Of a stretch of 64,000 nt of DNA, positions 13,689 to 26,949 are shown one piece after another. The translations under genes and the position numbers were made by a program. How positions within the stretch are numbered: position 1 is the first letter of the stretch; each line of letters begins with the position of its first letter. The notes below the pieces were generated by a model, which worked only from the letters and a program-made list of their open reading frames with translations, searched no databases and was not told where the DNA came from. Source of the stretch: Oopsacas minuta (Eukaryota > Animalia > Porifera); assembly GCA_024704765.1 (NCBI GenBank), contig JAKMXF010000055.1, positions 442,353 through 506,352 on the forward strand. The letters are read 5' to 3'.

Positions 13689-14247
13689 CACTGTCCAACC
13701 AGTTTTTAGTATTTTTGCTTCTGGAATACACTGTAGTGTTTCTCATGTACTGATTTCAAATATCCAATCAGTTTTTCTCTATCAAGCGACGATTTTGAAA
13801 AGTTTAATATTTTGGTTTTATCATTGTCCCAGTGTATTCCAATAAATATATCTCTTTAGTTTGGCTAATCAAATGCATACTAATGATTTAATTACAATGA
13901 AAATTGTCAATTGGTTTAGGCTTTATTATACTAATTTAGAAATGCTTGGAATATGAATTTCTTTTGAATGTGGCATCAGGAATATCTCTTTTTAGTGACC
14001 AACAATAATCAGCCATCATGTTTGGAGAGAATTTTCCATTGTAACGAATTTCCATTGTGCTTATATCTTGATGAAATCTTTCACCATGTTCATCACTCAC
14101 AGCATCTAGATTGTCCTGAAAGAATTGCAAATGTAAGTGAAGAAAATGTACTTTAAGAGACATATTACATCCCATTGTTCTGAATGCATCAAGTAGTGCC
14201 ACAACAATTTCTTCATAAATTGGTGATTTCTTAGTTCCTAAAAAGTT
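13689..14247 (-). mobile_element. Chapaev3-like transposon, 3' fragment cut by assembly gap
   Basis: GCNMSLKVHFLHLHL..AVSDEHGERFHQDI..MMADYCWSLKRD, stop at 13936; candidate terminus CACTGTCCAACC at 13689 preceded by TTA. Confidence 0.85.
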
Positions 14248-14330
14248 NNNNNNNNNNNNNNNNNNNNNNNNNNNNNNNNNNNNNNNNNNNNNNNNNNNNN
14301 NNNNNNNNNNNNNNNNNNNNNNNNNNNNNN
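14248..14330. other. Assembly gap (83 N)
   Basis: Run of N; unrelated elements on either side. Confidence 0.99.
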
Positions 14331-14800
14331 GCCCAAATCATTACAAACAAGCCTCCGCATCGATTCCCTGTTTGTATTTTTTCAATGGCCATTTTACCGA
14401 TACTTCGGGCGGGATTTCGTTTAATCCGTTGTACCACCCTCTTGGTCAAAGAAATTGTCCGTGCAGTACGTGGACGGCAGGTCGTAGTCGGTCTAACACG
14501 TCCCCTGTATCAGCAAACCGTGACAAAGTTCGCGAAATAAACATCCTATTGTAACTGAGCAAAGAGGCAATTTCACTTCTGCATTTCCGGCCTTGAATAA
14601 CTCAATAACAGCTGAACGACGAGTCTCCATTACAAAATGTTGAAATTATAAAACTTCTAAGTGAGATATTGCTGGTGTGATTTATTGAGATAAAATAGAT
14701 ATGTAGTACAATATATTGGTTAAGTTTCAATGCTATTGAATTATATTCATCTACAATATGGTAGTTTTAAATGTTGTAACAGTATTTATGTGTCACCCTG
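14331..14800 (-). mobile_element. maT-like element, 5' fragment
   Basis: TIR CAGGGTGACACATAAATACTGTTACA ending at 14800 next to TA; ATG 14630 METRRSAVIELFKAG..RIKRNPARSIGKMA. Confidence 0.75.
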
Positions 14801-14802
14801 TA

Positions 14803-16390
14803 GATCTAAATCAAAACTTTTCCCGCGATGATATTCTATGATTTAAGATTGGTTAAAACTCGTGATCGTTATGAACATTTGACCGAGGCATTTTCAGAAA
14901 ATCTTCTCCACCATTTCAACTGTTAACAACTGGGTATCGTGAATTTCACGAAAACGAGAATCGCATGGAGATGCCCCAAGAACAACTGGTTGACCGCGAA
15001 TTGCAAAAAAACACTGACAATATAGAGATAGTAAGAAACTTAGTTGTTGAAGATCGAAGGAAAAACGTATAATATGATCCAGAGCGATAGGAATTCCAGC
15101 ATTGGGAAGTTAGCAAGGTTTTACATAAAGATCTTGGTCTACATATGCTGACCAGTCGGTGGATCCCACATCTCTTAATTAATTCTCCAAAGCAAGCTAG
15201 GGTTGATTGGTGTAACTTATGCTAGTTAAATTCAATATGGGGAAGTCTGGGAGAGTTTCTCAGATAGTTACAGGCGATGAGACTTGGATCTATTCTTATT
15301 AGCTTTAGAAAAAGACATAATATCAGGTTTCGATGTATCCTGACTACGATGTCTCAACAAAGGTGGTGTGTGCACGTGCAAATGGGAATCAAATGGTTGC
15401 CACTTTTTGCTAGTAAAGAGGTCATGTAGCAACTGTACTGTTAGCAGCACAAAGAACAGTAACTGCTAGCAATATTGTATAGTTTGCCTTCTAGAAGTCT
15501 TTAAAAACCTCTTTCAAAGGCGTTCGAAGTCAGTACTTAGAGGGATATTTTTGTATCACTATAATGCAAGCTCTCACACAGCCGGTGCAATCCGAGACTT
15601 CCTTGCCAACAACCCCATTCAATTTCCTGACCATACGCCATATTCTCTTGACTTTGCTCCCTTTTACGTATTCGTATTCGCAAAGGTCGAAGAACTTATC
15701 CGTGGTTCACGTTTTTCATCTCACAGGAAGCTATCAATGTCTATAAATGAGACCTTGATACCCTAACCAAATCTCAGTGGTGTAATAAGATAGAAAAATG
15801 ATTGAAAGGATGAAAAAGTGTATACAAGCTAGAGCAGTACCGAATTTAGAAGTGTTCGGAGTATGCGGCGAAACAGGGCCCCACAATTCAACGTCTTTAT
15901 TTTATACAGGCTGTGTTTCTATTTTAATCATAATAAATCATATACTAGAAACTTTTGAGCTGTCCACATCAAATGCCAACCTTATTAATGATTATTGCCC
16001 TGAAAAGCTCGCAGGGTGATCTTGTAGAGTAATTATAGTTATTTTATGTTTATGATATATTTGTGCAAAAAAAATCAGAGTTCATGACAATTCCTCCCAT
16101 TCTGTCACTGAGCAAAAAAGGCCTTCGGCTAGGACTGTACTACTTATAGGGTTGAATTTACATATGCAATACAATAAACACAAGCATTCTAAATTGAGGA
16201 TTGGGGAGAGGTGGACGAACCGTGACGGCTTTGAATTGGCTTCAGGGACACAGGCAATTGCGCTCGGACAGGGGCCCCACATACGTAAATCCGGTACTGA
16301 GCTAGAGGTGAATACTTTGAGAAGATATAATAATTTTAGTTCATATTTTGGATACTTTTATAGGGTTAAAAACTTTCCGAGTGTCCCTAG
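14803..16390 (+). mobile_element. Degenerate mariner lacking its 5' TIR, interrupted by a hAT MITE
   Basis: AMIFYD, IVTGDETWIY, HYNASSH, HTPYSLDFAPF, CIQAR|GEYFEK across the MITE; 3' TIR (rc CTAGGGACACTCGGAAAGTTTT) ends at 16390 followed by TA. Confidence 0.8.
15835..16299. mobile_element. hAT-type MITE, 465 bp
   Basis: TIRs CAGTACCGAATTTA / CAGTACCGGATTTA, subterminal GGGCCCC, perfect 8-bp TSD AGCTAGAG (15827-15834 and 16300-16307). Confidence 0.85.
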
Positions 16391-16741
16391 TATTACATAA
16401 AAGAGGGTTAGTTCTAAAAATTCTTTTTTACCTAAATCCAACAGAGTTTGAATAATAATAATCCTAATTAGTGTGATATGTGGCCGTTTATGACACTGTA
16501 ACATTGTGAAACAAAAGCTATCGTCACAATTGCCTGCCAACAGTCGATAACTTCTCAGAATATTTGTGTAATACGATACTAAATTGAAATCAATTCGAGA
16601 AACTATTTCTCATCCGAACACCCTCAAAGTACATGCAGTCTGTCTGATGATTATTTAGAATTTTTAAAACTATAATTCCTGCCGAACTAGGACAGCGATA
16701 GAACTAATCTTGGTAAATATATAATGTAGAATATTGCGAAA

Positions 16742-17711
16742 TTAATGTTTTATTTTGCGTCCGTCATTATCTATTACTAATTGACACCTCTTTGGCATTG
16801 ATCTCCAATAATTTTCTAGAAAATCTCCATTGATATTTTCCCACAAGTCGGTCAACTCCTTCTTCAGCTGTGTAATATTCTTTGGCCCCTTTTTAACAGC
16901 TTTTGTTTGACCCAAGCAAACAAGTTTTCTATGGGGTTAATGTCTGGACTTTGACTAGGCCAATTGATCTTCTTATTGGGCATGCTTTTCTCAATCTAAG
17001 CCTTGGTCATTTTGCGGAATGCTTGGGATCATTGCCCTGAACTAAGAACCAATCATCTTGGTGGAATACATGAGCTTGGGCAAGCAAATGAAATTCCAAT
17101 ATCTTTAAAAACAATTCTGCATTCAGCATATGTGTGAAGATACACAATGGAAACGTCCCCATAGAGGAGAAAGCTGCCCATATGTGAATTTTTTGAGTAT
17201 GTTTGACTGTAGGTTGAGTCCTCACCATGCTTCTTTTGGTCCACATCCAAATTCGCCTTCGACACAACCAAATTGAGGCCTCATCAGCGAAAATAGCATG
17301 ATGCCATTGGTTATCGATGTTATTCCTTGCCCATTGAATTCTATAGAGCCGATTCTTTTCTGATAACAGGGAAGTAGGCGTCGGATAAGGCTTGGAATAG
17401 TCAAGTTTTTTCAAGCAACGACTCATGGTATCTCTTCCAACTTGAACTGGAAACTTAGCTGTTAGATAATGAATTGAAATCGCAGGATTTATGTTAATGG
17501 TCCTAGCAACATATTTCTTTATTTTGGGGACAAGTGTCCCAGGTCTACCTGCTCCACTCTTGTGAACAAGAGAGGTTTCAGTCTTTAGACGAGAAATCAA
17601 GTTGTAAACGGCGGCAACAGACACACCCACGATAGAGCTGATTTCCTTCGAAGAGTGTTTCTTTCCTACTAAGAGTATTTGAATTTGCTTCCTCTTTGAT
17701 TCTTGAGACAT
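16742..17711 (-). pseudogene. Tc1-like transposase pseudogene (234-aa open 5' part, then stop and frameshift)
   Basis: HTH, GAGRP, IFADEAS, HIWAAFS, LVQGNDPKH (D2 changed to G); shifted frame WPSQSPDINPIENLF..DGRKIKH*. Confidence 0.9.
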
Positions 17712-17784
17712 TTGGACGATAAATAGCTATTTAATGATTGAATAATGTCAATGAAATTAAATTCTAAAAAAAGCTCCGTCATCT

Positions 17785-17810
17785 TGACGTCATGCCATAT
17801 TATTTTCACC
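17785..17810. promoter_or_regulatory. TGACGTCA-N9-ATTTTCACC module in Tc1 5' region
   Basis: Palindrome 74 bp upstream of ATG 17711; reverse complement of the module at 12022-12047. Confidence 0.4.
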
Positions 17811-19622
17811 CAAAGATATATTTTGTACATAGCCAAAGTTTAATTGTTGAAGCAAACCTCTCTAATAATCGACAGTAGTAATAGTACCTCTATTACTTGA
17901 AAAAATATACCCAAAATGACCAGGAATACAAATTATACGCTTTTCTAAATAAATATCGGAAATACTGTAGATACTTTCGTATAATGTAATTCAATTCTTT
18001 ATAAAAAGGGATCGTTAGTATTTCTTTAAAAAATTGCGTAAATTTATGTTGATAGCTACATATCTTTTTTAGTTAATTCTAAACTACATCAAAAATGCCC
18101 ATATAATCTCAGCCAAGGTCCATATATATACAAAAAGGATCAGTGGTCCGCATCTTATAATTTCCCTAAATTAATCAGCTCTATGAAAATCCAATATACT
18201 AGTAAATTTCTTTCTATGAATCTAATGCTGAAAAGTACCCAAAGGTCAACAACTAATTACTTGAAATAATAACTAATGTAATAAAATCAGTGTAGGTTGA
18301 GTCTCTATTTAAATGAAATAGTGTATAAAATATAGTTTGCAAAAATATCTCGAAGAATCTTAGATAGAATATATTTTGTATTTAATCATTAGACTAATAG
18401 ACCCATTTTCGATATTAATTTATGCTTTTTCGTATATCTTTTCTTGACTGCATCACTTTTGTCTGAAAGTTCTGATATTCATTAAATTTCTACAAATTAT
18501 ATTTTTCAATTTGATATTACAGGCACAATGATGTAAAGCGGCTCAATGCACTTTGGACAAATCTAGGGTCGCTCAACTCAAATCAACTGCACCACGAACA
18601 ATAGAATATGTTGATTAATAAATCAAACTAAAGTTATTCGTTACATATTCTTCAGTTAAAATATTTACATATATTTAGTATTACCAGGAGATATAAGTAG
18701 ACGCTAAATTTTATGATGTCAAAGATTTGTACTTTCGAGGCTTCGATTTGTAAGATATCTGTCAGTCCTAAACTAACTCAATTTATTTGGGGATCAATTT
18801 GCATTATTGCAATTCACTGAAGAATGTGTTATTGTTTAGGCCATCAATTCACTAATGTCATCACAAGTACTTATTGTTACAGCTTTGTCGAGTGAATTCA
18901 ACTCATAAACTCAATAAATAGGAGGATCAGTATCTGGTAATCTCTTGTCCAGGAACTTGGGTCCATTGGTATTCGTTATTGGTTAAGGTTAGAAACATTA
19001 AATGTTATTGTCAAATAGGAAGTCATTTTTAGAGAGTCAATAGGTCATAATATTTGTGAAATGTGAGTTATATGATTTTCACAACTTTTCCCAATATTAT
19101 AATAGAGTTGCCATCACGTCATGATTTCTAGCTAGATTCATGAAATGTATTATCGTTGAATGGGATACCCATATAGTGAATCTGGGGCTCATGTTGATAT
19201 GCCAATAGCAATCTATTCACTGGGTAATGGCGCATGCAATTTTGAGGACCAGGGATTGGTGAAACCAGTTTGGGGTTATGCTGGAGGCCATGGCTGGAGA
19301 TTATATCTCAGAAAGAGTGCACTTTTGTAGAATGAATCTATTCGATAATTGTAGAAATAAATGTCTTCATTTCATAGAGGCACAAATTTTCTCGATATTT
19401 GCATTCTAGTTGCTTAGTATACATTAATTCGTCCAAATTACTCAAAGTAGCTCCATGTTGAAACCATGTAGAACTTGAAATATTGATATTAGATGAAAAT
19501 GTTGGAATAAGAAATGATCTAAACTCGTTGCTAGACAAAATTTCATTATAAACTATTAAACATTCATTGATAATTTTTTATGATAAAGCTAGCAAGTTTA
19601 TAAACTTTAGCACACACCATGA

Positions 19623-19886
19623 ATGATACATGTTTTGTCAATATCAACTATTGATGGATAATTGTTCAATCAATCGCATAATCAGGATGCTATTTTATAG
19701 TATACACCAGACTTCTCATACGCTAATAATACACTTTCATGATTGAGTCACATTTGTAAGGGTCATCATATCAAAATGTATTATTAGTGTATGGTAAGTC
19801 GGTGCATACTACAAAATTGCAAAGTAGATACTCAATAATCTCCACGACTATAAAGGTATAAATGGATATTGACAAACATGTATCAT
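19623..19886. mobile_element. Small palindromic MITE-like element
   Basis: ATGATACATGTTT(T)GTCAATATC at both ends in inverted orientation, plus an inner inverted block TTTT(A/G)TAGTAT(A/G)CACC..CATAC(G/A)CTAATAATACA. Confidence 0.6.
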
Positions 19887-20255
19887 CCTTGGTACGTGCC
19901 AGATTCATATACATGAAAGATAAATATGAAAATTACACATGTTGTACAGGGCATAATTTGACCATTTCATATTCCAATATGATTATTAAATCTAAATATT
20001 TAAAGTTCTATATGGTTTGAAAGATTGAACTATTTTGATTTCGCTAAATCAATGCAACTAATCAAATAAACTGGTAAAAATATTGAGAAACCTTTGCAAT
20101 CGCGTAATGATGATACAAATTGCCACAAGTATCGAAAAATTCATTCTGACAAAAGTACACTGTTTATGAAGTATATTCTCAGTCACGCCTCCAGCATAAT
20201 CCCAATTTCGTTTAACCAATCCCGGGTCCTAAAAATGTTCTTGTGCCATTATCTT

Positions 20256-20890
20256 CTGCAAAGAAAGGACATACAGATATATCTCGCGCTCCGGACAGTA
20301 TTCTTTGTGCGATACTCCAGTATTCTTAGAAAATATTTCTCGATCCACTAGGTTTGATATCAATAGGTTACGGTATCAGTTAGGTCTCGACATTAGATAA
20401 GTATTTTATTGGGCGATCTGCTCTGAATTTTGTAGAGTCAGGTTCCAAAGAATTATCACAATCTAAATCAATAATCAAGAGTCACGACATCAGGCGTTCA
20501 ATCCATTTCAATGGTAGCTCAATAATTGATTTGCAGGTTACACTAATTGCTGTTGGTGTCATTCCTTGAATTATTATTCTTCTATGCGTACCTAGAATGA
20601 ACGCGATAATCTTGGCGATAATGTGAATTGGGAGATGAGAGATGCATCTAAGCATGAGCCATACTGTGAAGAATTTCGTAGAGAATATGGTGGTTGGAAA
20701 GAAAATTCAAATTCTGCATGGGTGTATAAAACCCATTCATACTTCAGGACACTGTAATTCTACACAATGAAAGTATGGCTATTCTCAATCTCCCATGGTT
20801 TCCTTTGATGCTTGGCGTAGGCAAGAGAGTCTATGAACTGATTTTGGAATCCATGTTATAAGAAGAAATGAAGATTCAACAGGAAATTTT
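20256..20890 (+). repeat. Unclassified dispersed repeat, copy 1 (inverted partner at 24925-25565)
   Basis: Aligns by eye to the reverse complement of 24925-25565 at roughly 75-80% identity, including an identical block agatgagagatgcatctaagcatgagccatactgtgaagaatttcgtaga. Confidence 0.8.
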
Positions 20891-21861
20891 GGAAAGAAAC
20901 AATATCTTCCTTTTCCAAAGGCTCACACTCAAATATGTGACTGAAGGAAGTATATATCAATTCATGAAGGTTAATTTTGAATTCGAAAGTGAAACCAACA
21001 AAATTTGAGAACCAGGAAAGTTTTAGCTGGAAATCGTTGAATGGGATGGCATCTATATTTCCAAATCTAAGAAGCTATTAATTTAATCAATATCTTCGCT
21101 GAAAATTTTCATAACATGAATACAATGTGTTTGTTGGAATTAAGATATTAATGGTTGAAAATCATTGATAGTCGTAAAAAAATTGCCCATTCATCAAAGC
21201 TAAACTTTATCAATGTAAATCCGAGAATTGTAGGTCTAATATTCTATATAGATGAAGAAGAAATACTTTGAATAATAGTGTTGTTGTAAAGTATTACATA
21301 GAAGATCTCTTTCCCAGAACATGCAAATGGTATGAGAGCTTACAGCAGCAACTTAACTTCTACTGACTTCAGGAAATGGAAGGATTGTTGCATAGGCAAT
21401 TGAATATTCCTAGCAAAACAATGATTTTGCTTTGATAATTAGACTTATTAAAAATCCGCGGAATGTTAAAGGAAGGTTTAATCAGGAATGAACATATAAG
21501 ATATAGCACCTACTCCGCAGTACTCTCCAACATATGCTCCTTGATTTACATATTCCTAGGTGTATTCACTTTTGTGCAAGATCAATTTGTCATACATATG
21601 TACTTATAAGTAAATAGAAATCCCAAAAGTTACATAGTGTTGTTTATATTAGGATGCTACTGGGTCCGTAATTTGTCAACTTTCTTTATGCTTAAACAAT
21701 CCAACATCCTGAATATCCTACCATTCCGATACCCGTAACAGAAATGATCAGCAGTGATCATGGTAGAGCTGAAATTTACATTTCTTGAACCACCAGGTGT
21801 TTGAATTCCTAAGTAGTAATTAAATAAGACTTAGAAATAAAAAGGTAGAAATTTAGATATA

Positions 21862-22534
21862 CAGTCAGGGGACAAAAGTATTCGAACACACAAATATATT
21901 GTCATAAATTGAATACTCTATCCCGCTCCTATATTGTGTAGTTATATTCGTAGCTGCTATCTAGTAATTTTGTATAGAATAACATATGTTTTTCAAGAAT
22001 TTCAAAAAAATATTCTCGATTTACACTTTTTGAAGGTGTTAATTATTAATAATTATTAGATAATTATTGATAATCAAAATATGTGGAAATTCAAAGCCTA
22101 TTAAGAATCTATGATTTCTGACTTGATATTTGAATTCTACGTAGGCGAGTTACCCCAGATTGGAATTTCGAATCTGATTGAACAATTATTATCAAAGTTA
22201 TAGAAGATTTCAATTGTGCCAGTTAGTGATAAAAGTGGCACAGGTGGCAGGAAAAAGCGCCACTACAAGGAAATCAACTAGGGTTAGGAGGAATAAGTCG
22301 AAGTAATACTTTCGAATGATATGACTATACTAACCCTTGAATACCAAAATAACCTCTTGGTAGCGGCCACTTGTGCCACCTTGGGCAAAAGGTGGCACAA
22401 ATGGCACAAATTGAAATTCATCTATAACTCTGGTAAAAATTGTTCAATCCGAATGGAAATTTCAATCTGGGCTAACTCGGCTACGTAGAATTCAAATATC
22501 AAGTCAGAAATTATAGATTCTTAATAGGCTTTGA
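21862..22534. mobile_element. Right-truncated copy of the Tc1-ended foldback MITE (see 30126-31249)
   Basis: Starts TA|CAGTCAGGGGACAAAAGTATT; left arm and core align with 30126-30810; right arm stops near 22534. Confidence 0.85.
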
Positions 22535-23149
22535 GTTACCACCAAAAGTGTTGGAGGTTTGCATCGAATAGTGAAAGTGTAAATCTTGATATACATAAGA
22601 TCTGGGCTCAAGTAATGCACAGGATCAGTCACAAATTAGGCAAGATGTTTAAAATAGATAAAAAGCATAGAGATACACGTTTTGGTAGAATCAAAAATTA
22701 CAAAAATTGTACAAAATTGAATAATCTATTGAAATATTAAGTTGAACTCTATGTTTTGAAAAACGATCTATTGATTAATTATGAGAGAAACCTTTGAGAA
22801 TCAGAGATGTGTGTTAACAGTGAGGTGGAAATTATTATGGAAATACCATAGTAATCTGAGGGTGAAGCAACCATAAGAGTAATTGCGTTATTCTACAGGC
22901 TAAAGTGCCCCTTGGTCAGCATATTGAAAAAAATTAGGAAGTAATAAAACGAGATCATGGTTATTAAGAATAACCTAAATATTGGAGTTACTGATAGTAC
23001 ATTTAAAGTAACAGCAAATTATGTGCATTAAGATTCTTGAATAATTGATGGTCAATTGGCAAATTATGTTCTAAATTACCATTGTGGAGTGGAATACTTT
23101 ATGTCAAATATATGTACCAAGTAATGTTTTAACATACACCAACTTAAGT

Positions 23150-23780
23150 AATGAAAATTTGTTTGGATACCCAAGCATAGCAGCCGATTTCTATAGTTCA
23201 AGTATGCAATATAGAAGATTGGATTGCTGCATAAAAATTTCCTTAAATGGAATTTGAGAACAAAAAATTATAACAAAAAGACAATTGCAAGTAGGAAATG
23301 AAGAAAATTGTAAGGAGAAAAGGTCCAATGGGGAAGACCAACAATAGCTATATTCAATCGGAGGGTTCAAAAGGCATTGGAAAGTGCCAAAAGTCAATAT
23401 GAATACCTAGATCGTCTTCAAAGCGGTAAGTAAACTCATAAATTATGCTACAAGTTAAATCTATGTGTGAACAGGGTAAATATCGAGATTGGTTCAAAAT
23501 ATTAGTTTATCAGGTAGAGAAGTGGAAAGAATTAATAATTTTGACCGTATAGATTTGGGTAACATAGATTATATATTTCCAAAGTTCTAACCAATACTTA
23601 TGTGAGACAAAAGGGTATTTAGGAATGTGTAAACCGAAAATTGAAAAGTCTCTATTTCCTTTTAGAAATGAAATACCACAAAATTCTAATGTACGCATAT
23701 CCCTATATGCTATCCTTCTAAATGTTACATGGTTCTGAGATGGTTATTGTTTATTTATTTCTTCACTGGCATTTTGGAAG
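23150..23780 (+). mobile_element. Possible C-terminal relic of an RLE-clade (R2/NeSL-like) non-LTR retrotransposon
   Basis: Broken frames KFVWIPKHSS, KVQWGR, KSMCEQGKYRDW and a degraded HILNxC..TWRHD-like segment, in the expected order. Confidence 0.3.
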
Positions 23781-24924
23781 ACAGGAAATAATGATGATTT
23801 CCATTAGATTCGATCAATAATTAATAATAATATGGTAGGGAAGTTGAAATAATGTCAACTGTACGTAGGTATATATATATATATTGATGCTTGTTTGAAT
23901 TAGTATATTTACCAATGAAATGGATGTATATTGGTTCATATTGATGCCAGGTTTATCATTATCTATAATAAAATTTAATGTAACTCCAGAAGAATTTTAG
24001 GAGCAAAATTATTTTTTATTTCATTTACAGGAGCGAGAGAGAGCGCTTCAATGCAAGGTAGGCAAATGTGCGAGTAGATAGGCTAGACTATATCTATTGT
24101 TGAATGATACTGTAAAGACCTGTAGCAAGGATTTTGGAAAGAGATACTCAAAAATCAGTAAGATGTTGTATTCTATACTAGCTCAATAGAAATCCAGTAG
24201 ATCCTTAATAGAGTCAAATTCGGAATCTGATGGCATAGCCAAAAGCAACTGAGTGTTCAGAATCAAATATCGATCAAAGAAGTACAGTTGGCTATAATCT
24301 ACCTGGAGTGATAGATCATGTTGTCTACTTCAGGAACTCCATGTTTATTCTTATCCTCATTATCATTTTTCCCATTAATTCTAACACTTCGACAAAATAT
24401 TATTGTGGTTTACGGGTGTGAAATTCCTTATTGGTCAATTATCAGTGGTTAAATATGATACTGTAACATTAATAATCTTTCAAATTATGGAAAGAACTGA
24501 CAATTATTATGCCTTCGTTGCACTTTGAATAGCTAATTTCACTCATAATGTTAATCTTGTAATTCCTCTAAGACCTCTGCTGCATTATCAGTGGCCAGAG
24601 AAAAAATTCACTCGCATACTGCCTTCCATTGTTAGTCAGCAAAATTAAAAGGAAATGGGAAATGCTAAATGCACATCAGTTGTACAAGAAATCTACCACA
24701 TCTTATAAACTTCGAATACAATGATGCATTTATGAAACCCGGGAAATGATCAAATTATCTCAAAACATCAAGTTAATCACAGAATCAAATCTTCTCAATC
24801 CTCTGAGGCATTACAATTCATATTCAACCGTAATCTCAATGGTGTTCCTGTAATAAATGCATTGAATTATCTTTGAAGCTTGGTAAAGACATTTCTAATA
24901 TGGCATTTACATTTTTAGATAAGG

Positions 24925-25565
24925 TATATTTCGAATTTTGCTGTTGAATCCTCAATTCGTCTTCTAACATGGATTCCAAAATCAATTAATAGATTCTCTG
25001 ACCTACACCAAGCTCACAGGAAACCGTGGGAGATTGAGAATAGCCATATTATCATTGGTAGAGTTACAGTATCCTGAATATGGATGGGATTACAACACCC
25101 TTGCATAAATTCGAATTCTCTTTCCCATCACCATATTGTCTACGAAATTCTTCACAGTATGGCTCATGCTTAGATGCATCTCTCATCTGCCCATGCATAT
25201 TCTCGCTAAGAATATCGCATTCATTCAAGGTACACATAGGGGAATAATATTTCCTGCAATGACACCAAAGCTAATTAGCGAAACCTGCAAATCAATCATT
25301 GAGCTACCATTGAAAAGGATTAAACGTCTAACGTCGTGACTCTAGATTATTCATTTTAGATTGTGATAATTCTGTGGAAAGTGACTCTACAAAAATAAGA
25401 GCAGATCGCCCAACAAATTCTTGTCCAAAGTCAAGACTCAACTAATACCATAAGCTATTGATATTAAACCCAGCGGATCGCGAAATGTTTTCTAAGAATA
25501 GTGGAGTATCGCAAAAAGAATACTGTCCAGAGACGAGATATATATGTGTCCTTTCTTTGCAGATC
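24925..25565 (-). repeat. Unclassified dispersed repeat, copy 2
   Basis: Inverted homolog of 20256-20890. Confidence 0.8.
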
Positions 25566-26949
25566 CGTTAAGTTTTAGCTGGAATACTAATTGGTTTCCT
25601 CTCGAAATACTCAGAACCGACTTAAAGCCATTAGTACTTAGATTCCGCGTGGTTTTATGCTTAGCATATCTGAGGATTCAAGGCAAACAGTTAATACAAA
25701 CACATTCGAATAAGAACAAGCATAAAGATGCAGGTGTCCTCCTGAAAGAGGTGTCAGTTCAGGCTCAAAATCACCACTCACAATCAAATACATAAAGATA
25801 TCATTTTCCACAATTGAATAAAATAATTTCCATTTACCATGCCAGTCTTCTGGGCTTGTGACAAGACCACAAGAAGAACATTCATGATGAATTCCCCGTC
25901 CAACTTTTTGTAACATTTATTGCACAACTTTACAACATTTACTAACGCCTTATCAATAGAATTGTGTCGAATTAGCTGAGGTGCTTGTATCTTGGTACAA
26001 AATCGATAAGCTTCTTGAAATATAGATAAGGTGAATCAACAGAACAAGAAGCAAGTCTGGTGTCATTTACAGCAAGAGTCAAAGAAGATGAATTTATCTC
26101 TCTAGCAATATTTACAGCACTCAAATAAAAATTATATTTCACAAGTCAAATTGAACAACTATTACAAATAATTCTAGTTAACATGCAGCAATGAAGTCAT
26201 AGCAGTTTGATAATATGCATATCCGAATTAATTCGATGACATTTTACCTAGTTCTTCCCCTCTTTACACAACAATTGATATAGACTATGTGTCACGTATT
26301 CATATGTTTGTTACTGAAAAAGCACAAGAAGACATTCCTATAATTATGGCTTTTGCTTCAAAGATTCCTATTTATCAATACTATGTAGGTAAATAAGCAA
26401 CCCACATGAATACAAAAATTTGCATAAAAATAACATCACAGTGGTCTATTCTTGATTGTCACTACGAAAAACATTATGATTGAAAACATTTCTGGAGATG
26501 TATTCGGAATCTACGGATTCTGAGAAAACAGCTAAAATTTCAATGAGATCCTCACTAATAAGTTGGAAAATTTCTAACCCTGTGTCACTTAGTGAAACCT
26601 GTTATAATCAGCATAATTATTTTGCACGAGACTGTCATTTCCAGGTATGAAATTTGGTTCACCAAACTATGAATAATGAGTGCCTCGACTTGGAGATACC
26701 GAGATCTTGCGTCCTGCCTTTCCTTCCTTCTGTGCTATTGTAGAATTTATGGATGAATTTGCTGCTATCGGACTCTTTCCATTCCACTTCAACATTCGCT
26801 CCTTTGGTATGTACGATCGTGTATGGTCCCTGATATATGTGTGATAGGCACTTCCCTATTCAACGCTAAGTTCCTATGAGATAACTCCATAGCCTACTCT
26901 AACGTATCCTTAAATCCAGTCTCTTATCCAGGTAGCCACAGATCTACGT

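Larger units (their letters stand above)
16636..17967 (-). mobile_element. Tc1-like element, about 1332 bp, related to 10888-12231
   Basis: Imperfect TIRs CAGTCTGTCTGATGATTATTTAG / CAGTATTTCCGATATTTATTTAG; transposase inside. Confidence 0.85.

Noticed and set aside
18930-19350. Gypsy integrase tail hint (ITFNVSNL) on the minus strand
   Set aside because: A single short motif in broken frames.
23290-23570. Possible host exons (donor G|GTAAGT at about 23426)
   Set aside because: Candidate spliced products hit stops quickly and no coherent gene model extends.
24100-24420. LINE RT-like VRINGK..HGVP on the minus strand
   Set aside because: Flanking RT motifs (KAFD, YADD) are not recoverable.
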